64,000 nucleotides of DNA, from the NCBI RefSeq assembly GCF_001194135.2, contig NC_068988.1:96857819-96921818 (forward strand). The letters are read 5' to 3'. The notes below the pieces were generated by a model that did not search any database, was not told where the DNA came from, and worked only from the letters and a program-made list of their open reading frames with translations. The stretch's first letter is position 1. Every line of letters begins with the position of its first letter. Both the position numbers and the translations under genes were made by a program. This document shows positions 36,955-48,700 of this stretch, piece by piece. Origin of the DNA: Octopus bimaculoides (lineage: Eukaryota).

Positions 36955-39900
36955 CACAGTTGGTACAGCTATATCAATTTTGTATTTTGCAGCTCAAATG
37001 TATTTCATTGAAAAAGTCCCAATCAAAATAGCTGACACTGATGTTCTATGAATATTTGTTGAAATTATGAAATTGTTGTCCTGTCATAGTGTAACTGAAA
37101 TAACTAGGGTATATATTTATGACTAAGGTGTATATTTAGACAATCATTCACTTAGTCCTCTTTTGCAAGTTAGACATGAGGTAACGTTTTTTTTGTTTTG
37201 TTTTTTTTTTGTTTTTTTTGGCTGAAAATAATGTAACTTATTTATTTTCTCTAATTAAGCAAAGGAATATTATTTTGTATGGAAATACTGAGATTCATAT
37301 GTTGTTGAAATAAGAAAGTTAAGGTTATAAGAATAGGTGTTAATATATAACTTGGGAGTAGTTGAATATTGCAAATAGATATAAGAAAAAAAAAAAAGAC
37401 TTTATTTTGACTGAAAAACTTATTTTTCAAAAGAATTCACCTTCTGACTCCTTCCATTTTGAGTAAAGAACTTTGCCTCTATCAAGGACTGTCAAATGCT
37501 CAAGGAAAACTAATTTAAGTCTCTGCAGATTACCTTTTTACTATTTTTTTTTTCTGTAACTTTAAGTTGTTTCTCTGCCTTTTTTGGCCAACATGATGCT
37601 TTTAAGCAGTGTTCTCTTATACATTCCACCTAGATCTTTCCAATTTAACAAGTTCCATTTTTTTTGTTTGCCATTTATTCATACAGTGGATCATATTTCT
37701 TCCTTAATTACTCATCTTCTGATTGTAATCTATGACATAAGGGGGGAGAAAAAGTGGATGAAAGCAATGCTACTAAAATTGGAACCAACAACAACAACAA
37801 TAATAACTTGAAATGCTTCAAAATAGGTAAATCTTGCACCCAACTCTAATTTTTATTTGATTAATTTTTTCAAAACACCTTTCAGATTTCTGTTTCAAAC
37901 AGCAGAACCTTTGATGACAAAATAATCAAAATTTAATTTCATCTCTCTTTTTCCATCATTTGGTTTTAGTTTTCAAAATTGAAATTCTTGAAATATTAGA
38001 AGGGAAATCTTCAAAATCAGTAAAATAATTTTATTTTGAAAGCAAATATAAAGCTAATAGCGGAAAAGAGAAATGTAAGGTTGAGAAATGAAGCCAGTCG
38101 AAAACAGAAATTGAGAATTGTTGGCGGAATCTTGATTATGGCTTAGATATAGGGTGAAGAATGGATTTTGCATATCTTCTCCAGGTCATTTGGTGATCCA
38201 GGGACTTTGGAATGGTTGGCCAGGCACTGGTTGATTAGAACCATTTCCGTATATTTTGTATCTGATGTACCAGGTGGTGTAGTTAATGTAGTTGTAAACG
38301 ATCATCACCACCATGCAAGCAGTGTTGTTTCTGGTGTTTTGTGGAAAACATGTCTGGCCATGTGAAAATATTACATTGCTTGGAAACAGGCAAGTGTTAG
38401 TGACAGGAAAAGCATCTGACTGTAAAAAAAAAAAAAGTACTCTCTCACTAAATTCTGTCTGATCCATGGAAAATGGATGTTAAATGATGCTTCAGAATTA
38501 TCAATGTTCAAAATAGTTTTGAAGAAATCTCTGATTTATCTTTTCTGAAACTTTTATTTGTTTCAATAATTCAAGAAAGACAACGCTTAACATTCTTCAT
38601 TATTGTTAGCCCCAATTTTAATATCATTGCTTTCATTCACTTTTACTTGATGCTGTCGTTCTTCACTATTTCATCAATATTCCATCAGTTTGTGCTGAAA
38701 TTCCATCATGGTGTGACCATTTTTAAAATCATCCTCAAGTAATTCTCACCATATTCCAAGAAACCACTTGACTGTAGTAAGATTGAAACCTTCAAGATAT
38801 TCTTCTTCTTTGGCCCAGTTTCTCATCATTTGCCATCTGAATGATTAACTTTTGGATCAAAAAGTATTATAACATGTCTTTCAATTACATAGTTTTATTT
38901 TATTTTTTTTCTTGTTTCCCTTACAAACTGGCATTTCTTTGAAAATGCTATAATTTTATTTTGCTTTAAATATATAAATATTATCTTATAAATGTCTGGT
39001 TATGTCTTTTATAAACTGTAAATTTTTTTGTCATTTTTTTCCCCCCGTTTTTTTCTTGTTTGTTTTGTCAATTTGTTAAAAGATAAATCTCTATTTTTAT
39101 TTTCAAAACAATGATAACCAATTTTTTTAAAAATTGTCAGTGAAAAATAAATAAACAAAAAAAAGACCCCAACAAATCTTGTTCAAATGAGTCAATGTGT
39201 AATTAACGGAATCGGACATAAAACATTGGAATCAGGACCTTGTGATTCTGACTCAACATTTTAATTACCTTCGTCCAATTCTTCAGAACATCCTGACCCT
39301 CTCACCTGTGCAATAAAAATTCATTTTCATTCCATCAATCTTTGCAGCCATTTTACAATTTCAAAAAGATCTCATTTTTTGGTTTTCTTGGTAAATCTGA
39401 ATTAACCAAAATATTTAATGAGTATTCACAAATTGAAGTCCCATTACTTACATTCTCTGTCCATTTCTTTCTTTATCATTCAGAATTTTCTTCAAAAACT
39501 AAAATTACAAAATCAAAACAAATGTCTTGGATTCATTTAAAAGCTGACTTATATATAATGAAGGAATAGTAATTAATTAATTAGCAAGATCAATACATTT
39601 CTGGATTTGAGTCATTTATTTTTATTAAATGAGATTGATTGAACATTGTTTTGTTTTTGTTGAACAAGTTTGTGTTTATGTGGAGTAGATATTTCTAAGA
39701 GTGGGGCTGATATTGCACCAAATACAAGGAAGTTACCAATTTTCAAAGGATGGAAGTGAGTGGGGATGAGCATTCATGTACTTTTGCAGAGCCTCCCAGA
39801 CTGGTGTGGGTTTACAGGGGTCATGGACACTGGCTCTTCCTCCTCCCTAAACTTGTTGATAACAAATTTTGAATTTTTGTGCCACTGTGTAATGTGTCAC

Positions 39901-40534
39901 AGTTTTCCAATTTGATTTGAGTATTGCATGGGTCCAACCCATGCCAGCATGGAAAGCGTATGTTAAACGACGATGATGATGATGAGCTTTTAACTCTTCA
40001 ACAGACCATTTGTTGTCAGTATCATATCAGGTATGGGAGTAAAAAGCAGATTAGGTCCCTGTTTTGCATTAGAATGGAACCTTTTGATAATACAGAGGTG
40101 TCTGAAGGGGAAAGAGTGAACCGAATGTTAGAACTGAGAATGAAACTGCAGAACACTTGATGTTGGAGAGCATCATCCAGTCTGTCCTTTATTCAAAGAA
40201 AGAATCTCTTTGCAACTGTTAGAGGTCAATGCTTCATTGACATTTTCCCTGCTTATTCTGGTACTGGTCACTATAGTTTTGGACTACACTCATCCATGAC
40301 TAATATTTGGTCATTTAGGCAAAAAATGTATCCACCATTTCTCAGGAATTCACTAAACCTTTGAAAGAATTGTTTCCAAGCCTGCTTTTATTTGTAACCA
40401 CTTCACATTTGCTGTGTAAGCAGCCCTTCTCTATCATCCTACTTCTTCATCTTCCTGGCACTTCTGGTGCATACACTAACTTTATATTGGGTATACTGTG
40501 TGGGATTCCTCCTTTTTTTTTTTTTTTTAACTCG

Positions 40535-40822
40535 CGTAAAAAGCACCATTTGAGTGTGGCCAGTGCCACCTGACTGGCTCCTGTGCTGGTGACACACAAA
40601 AAGTACCATTTGAGCATGGCCAATGCCAGTGCCCTCAGACTGGCCCTGTGCTGGTGACACCTAAAAAGCACCCACTAAAATCTCGGAGTGGCTGGCATTA
40701 GGAAGGGCATCCATCTGTAGAAACCTTGCTAAATCAGATTGGAGCCTGGTGCAGCCTCCTGGTTTGCCAGTCCCTGGTCAAACCGTCCAACCCATGCCAG
40801 CATGATGACAATGATGATGATG
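40535..40822 (+). mobile_element. SINE family B with upstream 66-bp tandem units
   Basis: Body plus (GAT)n tail; repeated tgactggctcctgtgctggtg..aaaaagcacc units. Confidence 0.8.
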
Positions 40823-41864
40823 TTTAGTTTCTGCTGTGTTTAGCAAACAAGAAAGAAATCTCTTTGATAAGATGCTGGTCTATCACTGGAATGGAACTTA
40901 ACGCTGGAAGCTTCCAGAATATTTATCTATTTTGGGCATTTTACAAGAATAGACTGAAATTTAAAAAAAAAAAATTATTTAGTAAGCTGTGTGGTTGCGA
41001 TGTTGACTTCCCAATTGCCTGCTTTTGAGTTCAATCCTGCTGTGTGGACCTTGAGCAAGTGTCTTCAACTTTAGCCTTGGTCTGATCAAAGCTATGTGAG
41101 TGGATATTGTAGATGGAAACTGGAAGAAGCCTGCTGCATAACAGTTGTGAACGAGTGTCACCATCTTACAAGCTGTGTCCTTCATCTCCAGTCTTCTGTG
41201 AAGTTCTGTCCGACCATGATGAAATTTAACCTTACCTTGAAACGGGTGGGTTTTGGCAACATGATGGGCACCTGGCTGTAGAAAACCTGTCTCAATAAAT
41301 TCCATCGAACCCAGGTAAGCATGGAAAAGTGGATGTGAAAATGATGATGATGACTGTGCCAACCTTGCAGATGGCAACAGAATGTTGTCTTCTTTCTTTT
41401 TAACCAAACCTTTTGGAATTGCAACATTTATTTGAAGATCTTTTGATGCCCTGTTTTGACTTCACGTTTGGAATTTTTTTACCCTGGTTCTTTGAAGAAC
41501 TTTGCTAAAAATTCCATTGTAGTTGTCTCACTAGGAAGAGGCCAAAAGTTGTACTCCATCCTGAAACACAGCAATGGCACATGGCACACTGCCTCATGAA
41601 GGTCACTTCTAGCTCTCACTGTGCATGCAACTGTGTGCTGCCATCTGTTGGTGCACTGTAGAACTAGTCTGGCAACATTTTAATACCACCTCATATTCAC
41701 AAGAATGTTGTTGACAGTAACTTCTAAGTTTTGGCCAGTTAAGCCTCCCTCTGATCACTTAACTGGCTGAAACTTTGAAGTCCCTATCAGCAACATCCTT
41801 GTCAAAGAATAAACTTGTATTCTGCATAAGTAGAGCAAGCCATCAGATTAATGTAAAATTGTTG

Positions 41865-42020
41865 AGTGGTTGGCGTTAGGAAGGGCATCCAGCTGTAGAA
41901 ACTCTGCCAAATCAGACTGGAGCCTGGTGTTGCCATCCGGTTTCACCAGTCCTCAGTCAAATCGTCCAACCCATGCTAGCATGGAAAGCGGACGTTAAAC
42001 GATGATGATGATGATGATGA
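41865..42020 (+). mobile_element. SINE family B (3' body with (GAT)n tail)
   Basis: gagtggttggcgttaggaagggcatccagctgtagaaactctgcc...ccaacccatgctagcatggaaagcggacgttaaacgatgatgatg; many copies (e.g. 20200-20370(-), 25480-25660, 38170-38480, 43340-43450(-), 52130-52340(-)). Confidence 0.85.
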
Positions 42021-44015
42021 TTAAGACGGAACATAAAAACAGACATTTAGAGAGAGAGGGAGGGAGGGAGAGAGAGAGAGAATGTATGAAAATTGTGTTA
42101 TTTGTTTTTTTAATTTTTAACCTTTAGTTAAAAAAATATCTTGAAATGTTATTAGAGAAATGTGTATTGTTTGCTGCTGATAAACAAACAAGAATAAAAT
42201 ATTGGAATGAATCTAAATGTGGCTTCTTGTCACTGCTTTGTTCTAATTCCTGACAAATTACTCTTCCTAAAATTATATGTTTTCCTTCTAAAGGTCAAAT
42301 GCTCTCAGTTATCAGGAAAAAAAGAATGTTGTCCTTGAAATTGGTTGTGAATCTGCTGTGATTTGGCTTTTCTCCTTTATTGGCTTTCAGTCAATTGTCT
42401 GTGAGGTTTTTGACGCCGTCCGCACAAAAGAATTAGCTTTGTTTTAGCTTATTTATCTTGTTGGTTTTTTTTACTTTTGGTTGCCTGGTGTTGTTGTTGT
42501 TGTTGCTTGTTGGTTAATATTACATTTATCTGAGAAGTCTCTTCACATTTCTGATGGTTAAACGTATTATTTTTACATTTATTCTAATAATCAATGTGTG
42601 TGTGTGTGTGTGTATTCACACACACTTACACAATGTATACAATAGATAGTACATCTGTATACAGATGTGTGTGTGTATACAGATGTGTGTGTGTATACAG
42701 ATGTGTGTGTGTGTGTGTGTGTGTGTATACATAAACTTAAATTTTGTCTAATTTTTAATTTTAAAACCTTTGAGAAAAAGCATGCCCAGAACTGTTATTT
42801 CTATTTTGAGATATTATTATTATTATTTAATTTTAAACTGTTTATTTTTATAAATTATTAAAAATGTCAGCATGATGCTCATCTTATGATGTTAAGCTAT
42901 TCTATGAATCCTGCTCTGCAAATGGTACTTCTTCTGGTTTACAATATGCAGTACTTCACACTTCCTAACATTTTATCACAGAATAGTTAGGAGTTTTTAA
43001 TAAAAGGGCAGCGAGTGTCCTATGACATATATCTAGATACAAATTTATCCGAAATTGAGATCCTGGTGATATAAACATTTACAAAAATAGCTTAAAACTG
43101 GTTCTGCGACATTTTTTTATCTGCATTCCCCTCTGTTGTTTTTGGCCGGGCCAGATACATTGTTCTGTAGTTACAGAATGGAAGGTCACTGTAGGTGGTG
43201 ATGGTCATTATTGATTTAGTTGTATAGATATGCTTGTGTGCACATGCATGTGTGTGTGTGTGTGTTGATATTGGGGAAGGATGTGTATATGTGTGATTAT
43301 GTATACATGTATGCGTGTGTGTGTATATATAATCCTCATCATTGCTCCAAGGTCCACTTTCCCAAGCTTGCATGGGTTAGAGGGAGTTTGTTTGAGCCAG
43401 ATTTTCTACAGCTGGATGCCTCTCCTCTCACCAACCCTTACCTGTTTCCAAGGTAACATGTTTCCCCATAATATTGGAAATGAACCACACAATATTGAGA
43501 CAAGGTAACACACACACACACATGGGATTCTTTCAGTTTCCATCTGCCAAATCCACTCACAAGGCTTGGTTGACGTGGGGTTATTGTAGAAGACACTTGC
43601 CCAAGGTGCTGTGCAATGGGACTGAACCCAAAACCGTGTGGTTGGGAAGTGAACTTCTTAAACACACAACCATTTCTGTATTTGTGTGTGTTTGAAGAAG
43701 TTCTCTTTGCAATCACGAGGTTCCAGATTCTGTCTCACAGCGGAGTATTTTGGAAGAGTTTGTTTACCGGAGGGAAGGACCATCATACGGTCAGAATCCA
43801 TCAGAGTAATTGAATTTGGAATTCAAAGGGTTTGACCTTTTTGCATAACATGTCACACTGATGCTTGGTTAAGAAGATCCTGTGGAATACTCAGCCGTTT
43901 GAACTCAATAAATTGGTGGTCATCCAATTGGATCCAATAACAAGAGTATGAGGTGCTGAAATGGACAGATTTCTATTTTATTTTTGAAACACACACGTAT
44001 GTATTCATATAATTA

Positions 44016-44647
44016 CGAGGGGAAGTCAAAAGTTATCCACACTTTTACCATAACCTATCTTTATTGTTGTCACACTATCTTCTGCTCCTGCATGCTTATA
44101 GTTGGTACTTTTGTGGTCATTTGATGGTAGTTTGAGCCTGATTGCACCGTTTTTCTTTCTGGCTTTACAATGTAAGCATGGCCACTCCACTAGTAATGTG
44201 CACCAAAGAAGAACGCAGAGCAGGGATCTGAGAGGTGGTAATGGTGAACCGCTGAACCATTATCATCTCCCGAGCTGGCTGAATCTTCTCCTCAGTAGTG
44301 GAGGTTGATGGGTGTCCTGCTTCCTCTTCGTGCATCTCTTTTCTCTGACCAGTTTTAAACTTCTTGATCCACTCATACACACTTCTACGTGGTTGTGCAC
44401 TGTCCCTGTATTGTGCTAAAAGCCTCCAATAAATTTCAACCAGAGAAATTGGATCACTGCTCTTTGTTCTTCTTTGGTGCACGTTGCTAGTGGAGCAGCC
44501 ATGCTTACACTGTAAAGCCAGAAAGAAAAATGGTGTAATCATGTGACCACAATAGCACGGACTATAAACATGCAGGAGTAGAAGACTGGGTGACAATAAT
44601 AAAGATATGTTACAGTGAAAGTGCGGATAATGTTTGACTTCCTCTTG
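44016..44647. mobile_element. Mariner-derived fold-back element made of two left ends
   Basis: About 30-bp TIRs, TA at 44014-15 and 44648-49; both arms carry the transposase start (MATPLVMCTKEERRA / MAAPLATCTKEEQRAVIQFLW). Confidence 0.85.
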
Positions 44648-45680
44648 TATATACAAGTTTTGAAACTTTTACAGGAGAGACATTTATTAGTTTCAGAGAA
44701 GTACAAAACTCTAAACTCCTTCAAATCTATGGTTCTACTCAGCAGCTGTAATCACTTGAGAACAAAAGTGTCACATATTACTCCCCCTTCTTCTTCTTCT
44801 TCACATTATCAGTCCCCCTCCACTGGAACCTTCCAGCCCCCATTATCCTCTTTTCCCACACTATTTTCACCAATCTTTGCCTTCAGTTACCTCTCCATCT
44901 CTCCATCTCAGTTCCCTCTCATATCCACCCTCATTCCCCCACTCACTTCAGTACTCCTTTGTCTCCCTCCCTACTGCTCCTTCCCCTCGCTCATCCCCCT
45001 CCATTTTAGAATTATCCTCCTTCCTGAGTCATTTCTGTTTCTCTCACCTGATGCCTTCACCTTAATGATATTTCTCATCAACCACACCTCCATCCTTGTT
45101 TATCACTTGCTCCATTCAGCTCCAGCCCCCATCTCTAACCATCTGTTACTCCCCTCTTACATTCTTATGAAACTATCCCCTCTCAACCCCTGATTCGCTG
45201 TCTGTATCCTCTTGTACCTTGAGAGTTTGTTCTTGTTCCCCATCACAACCTTCCTTTTATCTTCTTCCCAATTACTCCCCCCCCCCCATATAATGTCAGG
45301 TAGTCCTATATCTCCTCTATGACCAGACACCTTTGTTTGTCCCCCTCTCATACTTCAGCCTCTCAGCATCTCTTGCAAAGCCATAATCTTTCCTCTCTTG
45401 AATACTTTTTCTTTTCTTGACTTGTAAGTTACCTGGGCAACCCCAATGGTGCCAGTGGCATGAAAATCAGCACCCCCTACACACTGTAAAGTGGTTGGCA
45501 TTATTAGGAAGGGCGTCTAGCTGTCATTGTGGGCTTCATGCAACCCATTGAGTCCTCTCAAACCATCCAACTCATTCCAGCAGGTAAGACAGGTGTTAAT
45601 TGGTGATGGATTAATTACTATATAAAGAAATCATACTCAATGTATTTTATTCTTGTATTTCAGTTTGATCAGCCCCCATC

Positions 45681-45765
45681 ATGTCTGATGATGATGAAGC
45701 TCCCCCTGATCTGGTCCCTGCAGATATTGTTAAGGTCCCTATAACAATCATCACAGGATTTTTAG
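45681..45765 (+). CDS. ZNG1: ZNG1 coding exon 1 (exon begins at acceptor 45664)
   Basis: [28 protein letters not shown]; gtaagg donor. Confidence 0.92.
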
Positions 45766-48700
45766 GTAAGGTCTACTGGATTCTGTGCTCTTAACATCCT
45801 TTACTTATTCTGCACCCTTTTCCACATACATTTTCTCTCCATCGAATATAGTTAGGGGGTGGGGGTGGGGTTGCAGTGGGATAGTTTTCCCTGAGTGACA
45901 CTTTTATGGTGGTGGCATTTCTAGCTATGCTGCTTAAAACTCTATAGCATTAAGGCCAGGTTGGGGGTGGAGATAGCAAACTCAAGGGCTGCCTCAAGCA
46001 GCACTTTTAGGTTGGTTATATAAGCTTGTTTTGGCCCAGGGTGGGTGATAAACTCAAAGCTTGCTTGGGCAGCACACACTCTGGCCTTACCACTGTTTGT
46101 GTTCTAGTTTTCATGCAATTTTACTGTTGTAGGATTTCATTGTAAAAATATTTTATGTAATTAACAAATATATTGCATAATTAATGTATTTTATAATCAA
46201 CAGGTGCCGGTAAAACAACTTTATTGAATTATATCTTGTCGGAAAACCATGGGAAACGAATTGCTGTTATTTTGAATGAATTTGGAGAAGGTAATTAATT
46301 TGGAGAAGGTAATTAATTTGGAGAAGGTAATTAATTTGGAGAAGGTAATTAATTTGGAGAAGGTAATTAATTTGAATTGTGTTACTGGCAGGGTTTCATT
46401 GTAAAGATTTGTTATGGAATGAACAATAGACCAAACTTTAAAAAATGAGTGCTGGAATTAATTTGACTGAAACCCTTTGAGCTGGTGCTCCAGCATGGCC
46501 GCAGTCAAAGCTGGAGTCTTCTTGTAGTCTCCTCTAACTGTCTCTGTTGTCCCTTTCCCTATCACCACAAGAATTGTGAACAATGTTTGATGGTGTCTTG
46601 AACAACCTGCACAGTGAATATTTTTAGAGCGAGGATGGTTTGTGCAGAGCCAGTCCCATTTTAACTTGTATTGGTCTGATGCAACGAGTGTCACGAGGTC
46701 AGTTGTTACCAGGAGGCAGAAGTTGTAAATGAGCAGCCAAAAGAGCTGAAGATCCTCACCTGCCCTGGGTCTGATGATAATTAACCCCTAACTGGGATCC
46801 TAGCAGGTGTTTATTATTCTGGGTCAGGAATAGACCTGGGAACAGAAGTGGTAAAGTGGTGGCTGCACACTCTTCAAAACTCTGAAACTAGGGCTGCATT
46901 TGGGCCCAGGACAACATATTAGATTAAATGATTAGATTTTTTTAGGATTATACTGACCAAAGGACATGAATATAGTTTTGCCCCTGGAGTAATGTCAAGT
47001 AATCTGGACAGTAATTATAATTTCACTTTTGACCAGATTTTAGTTATTTTTATTCTTTTGTTTCAGGAAGTTCCATTGAAAAGTCTTTAGCAGTTGGTCA
47101 GAAGGGGGAATTATTTGAAGAATGGCTAGAATTACGAAATGGATGTTTGTGTTGCTCTGTCAAGTAAGTCATTTTACAGATGGTCTTGGTGGAGGCAAGG
47201 GTTGAGATGCTGTTGTTTAGACTTGGATTGATCAGACTTATAATTGAAGGCATTCCAGCCATGACCATCTTGTCTTTTTAGGAATCTGTTGGACTACATT
47301 AGCTAATTTTCTTTTTATTTTATATGAATATGAGGGCGTTTTAGCTCATCTTTAGCAAACCAAATGAACAGGACCTAATGAGGATATGGATCTGGAGATA
47401 ACCTCTCTTATAAATGTAATTGTTAAAAACACAAAACTATGTCAACAACAAACGAAAATCATTCATCAATGGAGGTGAGAATGCTGCATGTGCATTTCTG
47501 CCTGTCTGAGCTTTGTCAGTAGCATATACTCACTGACAACCACATGCTAACATAAAATGCATCACAACTGATACGGGAAAACAGTGATTGAAAAATCACT
47601 GGTGTTGCAGTTAGCTACTCAGTTGAGTGAAATTCTGTTATGTGCAATGACTGCATGCTACTGACAGAGTGCAATGAGACAGAAATGTGCATCTGGCATT
47701 CTCACTGCTGTTGATGGAGATTTTTGTCTGCTACTGATATTGTTTTTGTGTTTTTAAACACAGCATGTCCATAAGAGATATTATCTCTGGACAAATACTG
47801 CAGTTAATTTGCTTTTTCATGTATCTCCATTAAGCATGATACACAGCTGGCTGGTTTAATCTAATGATACTTCTATTGCATGTAACGGGTATTGCACTAC
47901 TACTATTACTACTACTGCTGATGAGGGTGGTGGTGGTGGTGATAATGCACAATTTGTTTTAGTTATTTTTTAATGTCATTGTATTTCTTTTTGCTTTGGT
48001 ATTGAACCGCCATTGTGGCCATGATGGAGCGCTGACTTGTGGATGTCACTAGTAGCACTGTGTAACAACAGTAACAAGCATAACAACTACTGCTACTATA
48101 ACTGTTACATTATATGATAATGTTTAAAATCTGTCTGTTCCAGGGACAACGGAGTGAAGGCCATAGAAAATCTCATGTTAAAGAAAGGAAAATTTGACTA
48201 TATCTTATTAGAGACGACGGGTTTAGCTGATCCAGGTGAGTAGATTAGCAAGCAGACAGTATTCTTGAAAGATTACCTTTTGGTGGAACCGACACGATCC
48301 AGGTGTGTGCTGGGGCACAGGTTTTAGTATAGGGAGTTTAGCTTTGCCAGCTGCATTAGTAAATGGTACCATGGAAAAAGTATCCGGGTCTTGGTGTAAA
48401 ATGGTTAAGGGTTATGGAAAGCATCCAGCCATGGAAATCCTACCTGTGCAGACACTGGAGCATTGTGCAGTCCTTGGATATGTTGGAGACTGTCAAACCA
48501 TCCAACTGATGGAACATGGATGCTGGAAAAAGATGATGGTGATAGTGTGTGTGTGTGTGTGTGTGTGTGTGAGAGCATGTTGGAAAATATTAGCTTGGCT
48601 GTACACAGGTGAGGCTTGGGGACAAGAAGGACTTCCAGTCATAGAAAATCTGTCTCACTATACTTTGTCTAACCCATGCAAACATAGAAAAGTGGACGTT

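Noticed and set aside
44615-45193. 192-aa Ser/Pro/Leu-rich ORF
   Set aside because: Translation of a pyrimidine-rich low-complexity tract starting inside a mariner TIR; no domain or splice support.
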